Assembly (NCBI GenBank): GCA_016235675.1
Contig: JACRJN010000131.1
Span: 1,779-65,778 of the forward strand
DNA: 64,000 nt
DNA from: Candidatus Schekmanbacteria bacterium
GTDB lineage: Bacteria; SZUA-182
Direction of reading: 5' to 3'
Of this stretch, positions 18,924-28,231 are shown piece after piece. The position numbers and the translations under genes are program-made. The notes under the pieces are model-generated. The model saw nothing but the letters and a program-made list of their open reading frames with translations, did not search any database and was not told where the DNA came from. Numbering within the stretch: the stretch's first letter is position 1; every line of letters starts with the position of its first letter.

Positions 18924-19116
18924 TTATTTCTCCGTAACTAACTTTAATTGTTTTTCTCGCCCAACGGATAGCGTCCTCAATATCTTCCTCTTTAATGCCA
19001 AGTGATGCGATTTTATTTCTGATGTTTTCTATCGTTATTTTAGCGGATTGATCCGGCAACATTTTCATGCCTCCTCCAATATAAACATTATAATAGCATT
19101 TAAAGGCAATGATCAC
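18901..19116 (-). CDS. Small hypothetical protein upstream of leuS
   Basis: 71-aa ORF overlapping the leuS start; no recognisable domain. It may not be a real gene. Confidence 0.2.
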   Translation of the reverse strand: MIIAFKCYYNVYIGGGMKMLPDQSAKITIENIRNKIASLGIKEEDIEDAIRWARKTIKVSYGEINESALSA

Positions 19117-19149
19117 AAGTAGAACATTGACAAGTAACCGATTGGGAAT

Positions 19150-19258
19150 TATAATTTATTATGCTTTAATGTCGCGTTGGGGTTTATCCCCAACAGCAGA
19201 CGCAGGAACCTTGCAGCGGAAGCGGGGGATAAACCCCCGCGCTACGTTCAGGAGAGAC
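19150..19258. repeat. Family H element
   Basis: 'gttggggtttatccccaac...gcgggggataaacccccgcgctacg' is visible here. Confidence 0.75.
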
Positions 19259-19261
19259 AGT

Positions 19262-20287
19262 ATGGCATATCACTTCAGAAATCTGGTTTTCGAGGGCGGC
19301 GGCGTTAAAGGAATAGCTTATGTGGGGGCAATGAAGGTTTTGGAGAGCAAGGGAATTCTGCCGGACATCGTCAGGGTCGGCGGAGCATCGGCAGGGGCGA
19401 TCAATGCCCTGCTTGCCGGTCTGAATTATACACCGACTGAGGTAAAGCAAATCCTGGGCGATCTTGATTTCAAAAATTTCATGGATGATGATTTCGGGGT
19501 GGTGCGCGATACCGATCGTTTGATCTCCGAATTCGGCTGGTACAAGGGCGATTTCTTCCGCAATTGGGCAGCCCGGCTGATCCGGGACAAGACCGGTGAC
19601 AGCGAATCGACTTTTGACAAGGTAGCATCATTAAAGGAGAGCCGAAGGTTTAAGGATATTTATTTTATGGGCGCCAATTTATCGACTGGTTTTTCGGAGG
19701 TGTTTTCCGCTGAGCATACCCCCAAAAAGCGTGTGGCCGACGCTCTGCGGATTTCCATGTCTATCCCCTTGTTTTTCAAGGCTGTTCGGAGTGACAGAGG
19801 CGATGTCTATGTGGACGGCGGGTTGTTGGACAATTATCCGGTAAAGCTTTTCGACCGCCAGAAATATATCGACCAATTCTCGCTCAACACCGATTACTAT
19901 GACGAACACAACAAGCAATTAAAGGCTCAGGGCAGGCAAATAAGCCCTTACGTTTATAATAAAGAGACCTTGGGTTTTCGCCTGGATACCGCCAAGGAAA
20001 TTGCGATATTTCGGAATCAGGCCGAACCGGAGCATAAGAAAATTAAAGATTTTTTCGATTACGCCTGGGGGTTGGTGGATACCATTATGGAAAGCCAGCA
20101 GAGCCAGCATTTGCATGGCGATGATTGGCAACGCAGCGTTTATATCGATAGCCTGGGGGTCAAGACCACCGACTTTAATCTCAGCGACAAGAAAAAGGCA
20201 GAATTGGAAGATTCCGGGAGGAAAGGGGCGGAGATTTATTTTAAGTGGTATGATGATCCGGACAGTACTCCGGTGAATCGCCCGTAA
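19262..20287 (+). CDS. Patatin-like phospholipase
   Basis: Has 'GGGVKG', 'GASAG' (GxSxG) and 'DGG' motifs. An ATG at 19262 with a CAGGAGAG RBS was chosen because the tracked upstream start lies in the repeat. Confidence 0.8.
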   Translation: MAYHFRNLVFEGGGVKGIAYVGAMKVLESKGILPDIVRVGGASAGAINALLAGLNYTPTEVKQILGDLDFKNFMDDDFGVVRDTDRLISEFGWYKGDFFRNWAARLIRDKTGDSESTFDKVASLKESRRFKDIYFMGANLSTGFSEVFSAEHTPKKRVADALRISMSIPLFFKAVRSDRGDVYVDGGLLDNYPVKLFDRQKYIDQFSLNTDYYDEHNKQLKAQGRQISPYVYNKETLGFRLDTAKEIAIFRNQAEPEHKKIKDFFDYAWGLVDTIMESQQSQHLHGDDWQRSVYIDSLGVKTTDFNLSDKKKAELEDSGRKGAEIYFKWYDDPDSTPVNRP

Positions 20288-20356
20288 GCTAAAACCGAGA
20301 TACGAGGTACGAGATACGTAGAAAAGCATTTTCGTATCTCGTATCTCGTGCCTCGG
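20288..20356. repeat. GAGATACGAGGTACGAGATACG heptamer-array hairpin
   Basis: 'ccgagatacgaggtacgagatacg-loop-cgtatctcgtatctcgtgcctcgg' is the same word family as 9222..9290. Confidence 0.8.
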
Positions 20357-20484
20357 TAATTGAGGCACTTTTCTTGCAGTAACATTGCTAACTATAAATT
20401 AACGGTACAGGCTTGTAACGGGGGGCTGGTTTTTTTCGAGCCTCGCAAGCCTGGAAACAGCAAATTTCAAACAGGAGGTTCGGA

Positions 20485-21495
20485 ATGGAAGGACAAACAT
20501 TAAGCTTGGCAGCGCATTTGCGGGACGAGCAAAAAAAGAATCCCAAAATCACCAATGGATTGATTAGTTTGTTGGGCGAGATGGCCTCAGCGTCCAAAGC
20601 TATTTCCCGCGACGTTAACCGGGCGGGATTGGTGGGTATTCTGGGACTGGCCAACAAGGTCAATGTCCAGGGGGAGGAAGTAAAAAAACTGGACGAATAC
20701 TCCAATGAGATCGTCAGAGCGCAGATGAGCAAAAGCGGGCAGGTTTGCATCATGGCCTCGGAGGAAGTCGATAACTCCATGCCGGTCGATGAGGGCTGCG
20801 AAGGCCCGTATACCATTGCCTTCGATCCGCTGGACGGCTCATCCAATATCGACGTGAACGTCAGTATCGGCACCATCTTCTCTATCCATCACAAGATCAG
20901 CCCCGGCACAAAGGGAACCGATGATGATTTGCTGCAACCGGGCAATAAGCAGGTCTGCGCAGGCTACGTACTGTACGGCTCAAGCACCATGCTGGTCTAT
21001 ACCGCGGGCTCTGGTGTACACGGCTTTACCCTGGATCAGGGCGTGGGCGAATTCTATCTGTCCCATCCCAACATGCAGATCAAGCCCAAGGGGGATATTT
21101 ACAGCATCAACGAGGGGAACTACCTCTATTGGGACAAAAACACCCAAAAATATATCGACTACCTGAAGGCCGAAGACAAGGCCACCAAGCGGCCCTATAA
21201 GGCGCGCTATGTCGGATCACTGGTGGCCGATTTCCACCGCACCCTGATCTACGGCGGCTTGTTCCTCTACCCCATGGACTACAAAGACCCGCAAAAGCCC
21301 AAGGGCAAGCTGCGCCTTCTATACGAAGCCGCACCCATGGCCTACGTCGTCCAGCAGGCCGGAGGCTACGCCAGCACCGGTTTTGAAGCGATCCTGGATA
21401 TTAAACCGACCGGACTGCATCAACGGGTGCCGCTAATCATCGGCAGCGTGGAGGATGTGAAGCAGGCGGAGAAATTTATTCAGAGGAAGGCGTAA
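20485..21495 (+). CDS. fbp: Fructose-1,6-bisphosphatase class 1
   Basis: 336 aa with conserved FBPase class I blocks and a strong RBS. Confidence 0.9.
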   Translation: MEGQTLSLAAHLRDEQKKNPKITNGLISLLGEMASASKAISRDVNRAGLVGILGLANKVNVQGEEVKKLDEYSNEIVRAQMSKSGQVCIMASEEVDNSMPVDEGCEGPYTIAFDPLDGSSNIDVNVSIGTIFSIHHKISPGTKGTDDDLLQPGNKQVCAGYVLYGSSTMLVYTAGSGVHGFTLDQGVGEFYLSHPNMQIKPKGDIYSINEGNYLYWDKNTQKYIDYLKAEDKATKRPYKARYVGSLVADFHRTLIYGGLFLYPMDYKDPQKPKGKLRLLYEAAPMAYVVQQAGGYASTGFEAILDIKPTGLHQRVPLIIGSVEDVKQAEKFIQRKA

Positions 21496-21539
21496 GAGTT
21501 CATTGTAAATCTATTAAATTTTTGGTAGAATTGTATTTT

Positions 21540-21575
21540 AAAAGGAGGCGTTGATTGACGCCTCCTTTTATTTAT
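21540..21575 (+). terminator. Rho-independent terminator downstream of fbp
   Basis: 'aaaggaggcgttgattgacgcctcctttt' forms a stem-loop followed by a T-run. Confidence 0.6.
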
Positions 21576-21589
21576 AGGGGCGAAAATTC

Positions 21590-21828
21590 TATTAAGACGT
21601 AGCGCAGGGCTTTAGCCCCAATACTGTTCCCCTAACGTAGCGCAGACCTTTAGGTCTGCTCCGGAGTGCTCACAAAGCCACCCCATAAGCAGGGATAGAA
21701 GCCCTGCGCTACGTCTTAAGTGAACGGTATTGGCTTTAGCCCTGCTTCCGGACACACATCAAACCCGGTAGCCGGTAGCAGACCTAAAGGTCTGCACTAC
21801 GTTAGGGGAACAGTAAAGGGGCGGCTAT
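21590..21828. repeat. Two interleaved family A REPIN-like elements
   Basis: The GTAGCGCAGGGCTTTAGCCC / GCAGACCTTTAGGTCTGC units are repeated twice with CTTAAGTGAACAG outer repeats. Confidence 0.8.
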
Positions 21829-22093
21829 GACTAAATCAGCTTTATTCTCTTATCTTGAAGGATATAAGCTGGCTGATAAAATCATTAAAAAGGAAAAAAA
21901 ACAGCGGCTTTCTCAAATGACGTTTGAAGAATCCTTGCTTGAGTTTAATAACCTTTGCCTAACCTGGGAATCAGTTTCCAACAAAGAAGGAATGGATAAT
22001 TTGGAAAAGCGAAAAATTACCTTCCTTATCGAACAAAGAGCTCGCTTAGATAAAGCCGGCAGCCGGAAAGTGAAAAATGAATCAATACGCTAA
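21827..22093 (+). CDS. Hypothetical small protein, putative partner of the downstream nucleotidyltransferase
   Basis: 88 aa; its stop overlaps the next ORF by 17 nt. Confidence 0.35.
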   Translation: MTKSALFSYLEGYKLADKIIKKEKKQRLSQMTFEESLLEFNNLCLTWESVSNKEGMDNLEKRKITFLIEQRARLDKAGSRKVKNESIR

Positions 22094-22652
22094 AGCTATC
22101 GATGAATTGCATGAATTTTTTGACCGGGAGGGAATATCTTATGCCATTATTGGAGGCATTGCTCTACAATATTGGGGAGAGCCTCGTTTTACCAGAGATA
22201 TAGACGTCACCGTTCTGGTTGATTTAGGTAAAGATGAAATAATCCTGCAAAAAATTCTTTCTGTATTCACGCCCCGCATCTCTGATGCCTTGAAATTTGC
22301 CCTGCAAAATCGTGTTTGTTTGGTTAGAAGCCGGGATGGGATCGAAATAGACATTTCTCTGGGTATTCCCGGATACGAAGAGAAAATGATGGGGCGTACG
22401 GTAGAATGTAATCTGGGCGGCAGCTATAATGTTAAGATTTGCTCGGCGGAAGACCTGATCATTCATAAAGCCGTCGCCGGAAGACCGCAGGATTTAGCTG
22501 ATATTGAGAGCATAATAATGCGCCAGGGTGAAAAATTGGATGAAGCATATATCCGTTTTTGGTTGGATGAGTTTTCTCTCTTGCTTGAAACCAAAGAAGT
22601 ATTGGAGCGGTTCGAAAATCCCTGGCGGCGGTTGCTTGGGGAAGATGAATAA
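22077..22652 (+). CDS. Nucleotidyltransferase-fold protein (pol-beta superfamily)
   Basis: 'IIGGIALQYWGEPRFTRDIDVTV' matches the hG[GS]...DxD nucleotidyltransferase motif. Confidence 0.5.
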   Translation: MNQYAKAIDELHEFFDREGISYAIIGGIALQYWGEPRFTRDIDVTVLVDLGKDEIILQKILSVFTPRISDALKFALQNRVCLVRSRDGIEIDISLGIPGYEEKMMGRTVECNLGGSYNVKICSAEDLIIHKAVAGRPQDLADIESIIMRQGEKLDEAYIRFWLDEFSLLLETKEVLERFENPWRRLLGEDE

Positions 22653-22697
22653 TTTGACTAACAAAAATTTTAAATAACAACATAGGAAGTAAAACTA

Positions 22698-23798
22698 ATG
22701 GGTTTAAATTGCGGTATCGTGGGCTTGCCGAATGTGGGCAAGTCCACCATTTTTAATGCACTGACCAGAGCCGGGGCGGAAGTTGCCAATTATCCCTTTT
22801 GCACCATTAACCCCAACGTGGGAGTGGTGGAGGTGCCGGACGAGCGCCTGGACACTCTGGCGCGGATGATGCAGCCCTCCAAGGTAACGCCGACCAACAT
22901 GCAATTTGTGGACATCGCCGGTCTGGTCAAGGGAGCCAGTACCGGCGAGGGTTTGGGCAATCAATTTTTGGGGCATATTCGGGAGGTCAACGCCATCGCT
23001 CATGTGGTGCGCTGTTTCGATGACCCGGATGTAGTGGTATCCAACAGTACCACCCTCGATCCCGGCCAGGATATTGACATTATCCACACCGAATTGATTT
23101 TGTCCGATCTGCAAAACCTGGAGAAGCGTTTATACAAGCAGCAAAAGGCCGCCAAATCGGGCGATGAAAAAGAGCGTCAGACTTTAACCACTTGCAGTAA
23201 AATCAAGATCGGTCTGGAAAAGGGCATTCCGGCGCGACAGTTAAGCCTCTCAGCAGAGGAAACGGTTATCCTAAACGAGCTGCAATTGATGACCGGAAAG
23301 CCGGTGCTTTATGTGCTCAATGTGGGCGAAGACCCGTCTCCCAAGGAACAGCAGCATATCCAGACAGTAACCGAACTGGCGCAAAAAGAAAAAGCTGGGG
23401 TGGTAAGAATCAACGGTAAGCTGGAGGCGGAGTTAAACGAGTTGGAGCCGGAAGAGCGCAAAGCCTTTTTAGCTGAACTGGGATTGCAGACCAGCGGTTT
23501 GGAAAATTTGATTCAGGCCAGCTATAGCCTTTTGAATCTGATTACCTTTTTCACCGGCGCCGCCCGATGTGAATTGCGCGCCTGGACGATCAAACAAGGC
23601 ACCAAATTTCCCCAGGCCGCCGGAACGATCCACACCGATTTCGAACGCGGCTTCATCCGCGGCGAGGTCATCCATTATGAGGACTACGTTAAAGTCGGCT
23701 CGGAAGCCGCCGCCCGCGACAAAGGTATGCTCCATGTGGAAGGCAAGGAATATGTGGTGCAGGATGGGGATATTGTGCATATCCGGTTTAATGTGTAG
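22698..23798 (+). CDS. ychF: Ribosome-binding ATPase YchF
   Basis: 'GIVGLPNVGKSTIFNALT' is followed by a C-terminal TGS domain. Confidence 0.9.
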   Translation: MGLNCGIVGLPNVGKSTIFNALTRAGAEVANYPFCTINPNVGVVEVPDERLDTLARMMQPSKVTPTNMQFVDIAGLVKGASTGEGLGNQFLGHIREVNAIAHVVRCFDDPDVVVSNSTTLDPGQDIDIIHTELILSDLQNLEKRLYKQQKAAKSGDEKERQTLTTCSKIKIGLEKGIPARQLSLSAEETVILNELQLMTGKPVLYVLNVGEDPSPKEQQHIQTVTELAQKEKAGVVRINGKLEAELNELEPEERKAFLAELGLQTSGLENLIQASYSLLNLITFFTGAARCELRAWTIKQGTKFPQAAGTIHTDFERGFIRGEVIHYEDYVKVGSEAAARDKGMLHVEGKEYVVQDGDIVHIRFNV

Positions 23799-23859
23799 CG
23801 TATGTTTTTGTATAGCGCACGGGGTTAGAATCTCTCGTAAGAAACTCGTAATGCTCCCC

Positions 23860-25086
23860 TCACCTGGGACTTAAAGCCATAAGCGCATAGGCCGCATTCA
23901 TGAACGCCCCTGGCATATATGTCTTGTCCGCTATTTGAAGTATGGTACCGCTTTTATCCCAACGGGCAAAACCGGACAGATTATAAATCTCCATCCCATC
24001 TGTTCCGCTGCCGTCGACACGTGCAGCCATCGAAGTATAGTTAGGCGCGCCCACGGCAAAAACCACATCCCGAAAGGTGGCGGCGTATTTTTCCATATCC
24101 TTATCCGGATAATAATCTCCGAATTTTTCCAGAGACATTTCCATCACCATAGTCATGAAATACTCGGCATAATTAATCTTTTGATAACCCTCGTCGTTTC
24201 CCCAGACGTTATGTTTCCAGACAAAAGCCTGCGGTTTGGCAGTATTGGTTTGGACATGCTTTACCAACATATCGGTATAATAGTTGGCTTTTTGTAAATA
24301 TATCTCCTTCCCGGTCATTTTATATAAATAATAGGCGATGCGCGCCAAATTGGAAATCGGATGGGTGAAACGTTTTTCAATCCCGCTCCAGGCCTCGGAA
24401 AGACTCCCTTTTCTCACAGCCCATTTGCCCATAAAATGATTCTGCAAATAATTCAGCCAAAAATCAGCCTGTTGCTGATATTTCGGATTTAAGTGCTTGT
24501 TCAGGTAAAAGGCATAGGTAATCGCCGCTACCCCGCCGTGTGTCATGGCCTCATCCATCGGGTCTTCATCGGTGCAGAAGTAAGGGTAATTGACGTTATA
24601 ACCGCTTTTGGGATAGAATTCCAGTTGCAGCCAGTCTAAAAACCCATCCGTACTGCCGTTGCATTTATCGGCGCCCGGCATGGCGTTGTCCGGCAATCGC
24701 CATTCGTCTTTAAGCAGCGCACGCGCCATATCCATTATCGCCGCCGCTTCATCTAAAAATTTCAAATCCCCGGTCGCCCGCAAGGCCATCATCAGCGCGC
24801 TGACATACTCATTGACCACCCGCATCCGGTAAAGACTGCCGCTTTTGGCATTGTATTCGATATATGATTTTCTATCCGCTATCGATTCCCAAAGGCGGTT
24901 ATACCAAACCCGCATTTGGGGGGATAATTCGTCGGGATTGAATTTGGGATTGCCGTATAAAGGCACAGAGATGACTGTAGCGCTGACCACTTCTTTATTG
25001 GAACTAACCTTGGCTTGCGCCATATTATTGAAGATTAAGATAAAAGTTATAATGTTAAAGAATAATCTTTTTGTCCATGGTTTCAT
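23860..25086 (-). CDS. Hypothetical secreted protein
   Basis: The signal peptide 'MKPWTKRLFFNIITFILIFNNMAQA' supports a start at 25086, since the tracked start runs into the repeat. The helical body resembles polysaccharide-lyase or hydrolase proteins, but no domain is assigned. Confidence 0.45.
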   Translation of the reverse strand: MKPWTKRLFFNIITFILIFNNMAQAKVSSNKEVVSATVISVPLYGNPKFNPDELSPQMRVWYNRLWESIADRKSYIEYNAKSGSLYRMRVVNEYVSALMMALRATGDLKFLDEAAAIMDMARALLKDEWRLPDNAMPGADKCNGSTDGFLDWLQLEFYPKSGYNVNYPYFCTDEDPMDEAMTHGGVAAITYAFYLNKHLNPKYQQQADFWLNYLQNHFMGKWAVRKGSLSEAWSGIEKRFTHPISNLARIAYYLYKMTGKEIYLQKANYYTDMLVKHVQTNTAKPQAFVWKHNVWGNDEGYQKINYAEYFMTMVMEMSLEKFGDYYPDKDMEKYAATFRDVVFAVGAPNYTSMAARVDGSGTDGMEIYNLSGFARWDKSGTILQIADKTYMPGAFMNAAYALMALSPR

Positions 25087-25115
25087 AATGCCCCCTTTTA
25101 AAGACTGTGCCGCAA

Positions 25116-25173
25116 TGTAGTTACCTGATTTATCAGGTACGACCCGTGGTACCCGATAAATCGGGTAACTACA
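25116..25173. repeat. Family I REPIN-like element
   Basis: This is a near-identical copy of the element at 5328..5387. Confidence 0.85.
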
Positions 25174-25181
25174 ATTACCCA

Positions 25182-26936
25182 TCACCCTTTTCTCCAAATA
25201 GCATAATCATTGATGACTAATAAATCAAGCTTTGATTTTAATAAAACGTCAACAGCCTGATCGCTGTTTTCCACAATGGGGTGACCGTGCAAATTAAATG
25301 AGGTATTCAGCACACAGGGAATCCCGGTCTTTTGGTAAAAGCCCTCGACAATCTGATAGAAATCCGGATAGCGCTCTTTGGTCACCGTCTCAGCACGGGC
25401 GGTAAAATCGGACTGATGCAGGGCGCAGGCGATACTCTCCCTTTGGTCTTCCACGGTTTCGAAGGCAAACATCATATACGGCGATCCTTGAGATTTTAAA
25501 GCGTTGGGAATCCTGATCAATTGCCCGGCTTTGTCCCATAACATCGCCGGAGCAAAGGGCATCCAGAAATCCCGGTTCTTTATCGCCCGGTTGATTTTGC
25601 CCACCACATTTAAATTGGAAGGGTTAGCCAGAATGGATCGATTTCCCAGCGCTCTTGCGCCGAATTCCATCGGCCCGGAACAGCGCGCCACAATCTTGCC
25701 GGCAACCAATTGCCCGACAATGTAAGCGTTGATGTCCTTGATTCGCTCGTATTCGATCTGCCCCCGGTATTTTTCTAAAACCGCGGGCAAATCCCCGCCG
25801 ATAACAGACCCCAGGCAATAGGATTTTAAATTGTCCACCTTTTTTTCTATATGGGTGTTGTACAGATAAAACCCGGCGCCGAACACATTGGATTCATCCC
25901 CGCAGGAAGGGAAAACATCGATGTATTCCACCTCCGGCATCTGAGACAAAAGCATATTGGTCTTGACGTTCATAAAAACACCGCCGCTGCACAGAATTTT
26001 CCCGACCCCGTATTTTTTGATCGCCCCCCGAATCCAGGCGCCGAGAATCTCCTCGGTAAAGGCTTGCAGACCGGCAGCCACATTATCAAAACGCGCCCTT
26101 TTCAAATCATTTAACAAATGGCGCATGAAAATTTCATGATATAACAATTTGGAATTTTCAAAGCGGGTATCGTCGTCGGCCAGTTTGAGAAACTGGCTGA
26201 AATACTTTTTATATTTGTCTTGATGTTTTTTGTCAACATAAGGAGCCAAACCCATTAATTTATATTCATGTTCGTGAGGGGTAAAACCCAGATGATGGGT
26301 CACCGCCGAATACATATTCCCGATCGAATAGCAAGGAGAGCTTGACAACAACTGCAAGTTTCCGCCCTGCCCCAGATACAGCGCGCTGGTATAGCGATCC
26401 CCGCCGCCGTCTAAGGTAAACACCAGGTACTTTTCATCCAGATGCCTGGCCAGTCCGTAATAAGCCGCCGAGGCATGGCACAAATGGTGCTCGACGCGCT
26501 CGATTCTGTCCGGCCTAAACCCCAGGTGCGCCAAATAATCCAAATCTTTTTCTTTGCCGCGGTTAATTTGCTGACGCGAGCGCAGATAGACCCCGAACAG
26601 GAAATCGCTGGACTTGATATTTTTTCTTAGCTCATTGCGTACTCTGGTGATATTGATCGGATTGCCGCAAGCCCGCCGATAATGCCGCTCATAGTTATTG
26701 TAAAAGGTGGTGCGGTTCAGCTCCCGATAAATGGCGTTAGCAATACCGACATATTCCACCTCAGATGGCCGGACGATTCCGTTTTTGATGATATAATCCA
26801 GCGCTTTATAGGGGAAGCCCATCCAGTTTTTGGTTCTAATCAGACGCTCCTCTTCCATACAAAACACCGGTTTGCCGTTCTGAAAAACCCCCAGCGAACT
26901 GCCTAACCCCGAATTTATGGTCACTATTGTGCTCAT
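25182..26936 (-). CDS. Carbamoyltransferase (NodU/CmcH family)
   Basis: About 584 aa with an N-terminal Kae1/HypF-like ASKHA fold. The ATG at 26936 is preferred over the tracked TTG at 26951. Confidence 0.7.
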   Translation of the reverse strand: MSTIVTINSGLGSSLGVFQNGKPVFCMEEERLIRTKNWMGFPYKALDYIIKNGIVRPSEVEYVGIANAIYRELNRTTFYNNYERHYRRACGNPINITRVRNELRKNIKSSDFLFGVYLRSRQQINRGKEKDLDYLAHLGFRPDRIERVEHHLCHASAAYYGLARHLDEKYLVFTLDGGGDRYTSALYLGQGGNLQLLSSSPCYSIGNMYSAVTHHLGFTPHEHEYKLMGLAPYVDKKHQDKYKKYFSQFLKLADDDTRFENSKLLYHEIFMRHLLNDLKRARFDNVAAGLQAFTEEILGAWIRGAIKKYGVGKILCSGGVFMNVKTNMLLSQMPEVEYIDVFPSCGDESNVFGAGFYLYNTHIEKKVDNLKSYCLGSVIGGDLPAVLEKYRGQIEYERIKDINAYIVGQLVAGKIVARCSGPMEFGARALGNRSILANPSNLNVVGKINRAIKNRDFWMPFAPAMLWDKAGQLIRIPNALKSQGSPYMMFAFETVEDQRESIACALHQSDFTARAETVTKERYPDFYQIVEGFYQKTGIPCVLNTSFNLHGHPIVENSDQAVDVLLKSKLDLLVINDYAIWRKG

Positions 26937-26945
26937 GCCTTCTCC

Positions 26946-27051
26946 TGACAATAAACCCCACCTTGAATTTCGTAGTCCCAGCCCTTCAGGGCTGATCTTC
27001 CAGGGCTAAAGCCCTGGCACTACGGCTACGGCAGGAATGTTTGGTGGTATC
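26946..27051. repeat. Family B REPIN-like element flanked by a 47-bp direct duplication (26899..26945 and 27052..27098)
   Basis: The core is 'cgtagtcccagcccttcagggctgatcttccagggctaaagccctggcactacg'. The flanking copies differ at 2 positions. Confidence 0.8.
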
Positions 27052-27085
27052 CTGCCTAACCCCGAATTTATGGCCACTATCGTGC

Positions 27086-28216
27086 TCATGCCTTCTCCAA
27101 TACCTGTATATACAACTCTTGGGTAGTTTTCAGCATCTGCCGCAGGGAAAACCGCTCTTCGATAATTCTTCTCCCGCGCTTTCCAAAAGCCTCCGCCAGA
27201 TTCTTATCCGCTAACACCCGGTTAATCGCCGCAACCAGCGGCTCAGGCTGATTGGAGGGGACTAAAAACCCGCTGACACCGTCTTCAACCAATTCAGAGC
27301 AGCCGCCGACGTTAGTTGCGACTACCGGCTTTCGGGCGGCCATCGCCTCCATGATCGCACCCGGCAGACCCTCGGAGATTGAGGTAAGCACCAGAACATC
27401 GAAAACCTGCAAAATCCGGGGGATGTCATCCCGCGTACCCAGAAAGAAAAAACGATCCCTTAGGGAAAAATCCTTCAGCCAGCCGGCCTTGGCGGTCTGA
27501 TCCAAACCCTGGCCGGCCAGGACAAAACAGAGATGCTCTTTTTGAGCGGCTAAAATTTTGGCGGCCTGAATAAATAAGGGAATGTTCTTGGCCACAGCAT
27601 CCCGGCTGATTATTCCCACTACCTGAGAATCCGACGGCAAGCCCAACTGCGCCTTAATTATTCCCCTGTCTTCGGTCAATTTAAACAGGTCTGGATCGAT
27701 CCCGTTAAAAATAGTTATAATCTTGCTTTCATCCAACCCAAGATTATCGACCAGGTAATCCTTTAAATCCAGGGAATTGACCATGACGATCGCTGCTGAA
27801 TTAAGTGCTAGGGTATCGAAAAATTTTCTTAAAGCCGAGGGACTTTTCCGATAGCCCAGCACCGAGGGGATAAAAGCCTTGATGCCCGCAAGCTTACAGG
27901 CAAAATAGCTGTACACGACAGCAATATACAACAGGGCATGAACGATTTGAATTTTTTCTTTTTTAAAGAGCCAGGCCAGTTTAAATAAGCGGATTAAATC
28001 GAAGTTGGATTTTCTTTTAAAGGTATAGACCTTGATCCCCTGCTTCGTCAGCTTTTCCCCGTAAGGGTAATCCTTCTCCGACAGGCAAAACACTGTGGGA
28101 TTAAACCGGGTGCGATCCAGGCGAATCACCATTTCATATAGCTGCTGCTTTTCCGCCCCGCCCCAGGATAACTGCCCGATGACGAGCGCCAGATTTATCG
28201 GTTGATCTATTTGCAT
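27086..28216 (-). CDS. Glycosyltransferase family 4
   Basis: GT-B fold with an 'EGLPGAIMEAMA' motif. Confidence 0.8.
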   Translation of the reverse strand: MQIDQPINLALVIGQLSWGGAEKQQLYEMVIRLDRTRFNPTVFCLSEKDYPYGEKLTKQGIKVYTFKRKSNFDLIRLFKLAWLFKKEKIQIVHALLYIAVVYSYFACKLAGIKAFIPSVLGYRKSPSALRKFFDTLALNSAAIVMVNSLDLKDYLVDNLGLDESKIITIFNGIDPDLFKLTEDRGIIKAQLGLPSDSQVVGIISRDAVAKNIPLFIQAAKILAAQKEHLCFVLAGQGLDQTAKAGWLKDFSLRDRFFFLGTRDDIPRILQVFDVLVLTSISEGLPGAIMEAMAARKPVVATNVGGCSELVEDGVSGFLVPSNQPEPLVAAINRVLADKNLAEAFGKRGRRIIEERFSLRQMLKTTQELYIQVLEKA

Positions 28217-28231
28217 GTTTATTTTTTTGTA

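Noticed and set aside
19262-20287. Patatin-like lipase as a CBASS-type defence effector
   Set aside because: No CD-NTase/cyclase, E1/E2-like or other CBASS components are adjacent. It sits between leuS and fbp in a housekeeping context.
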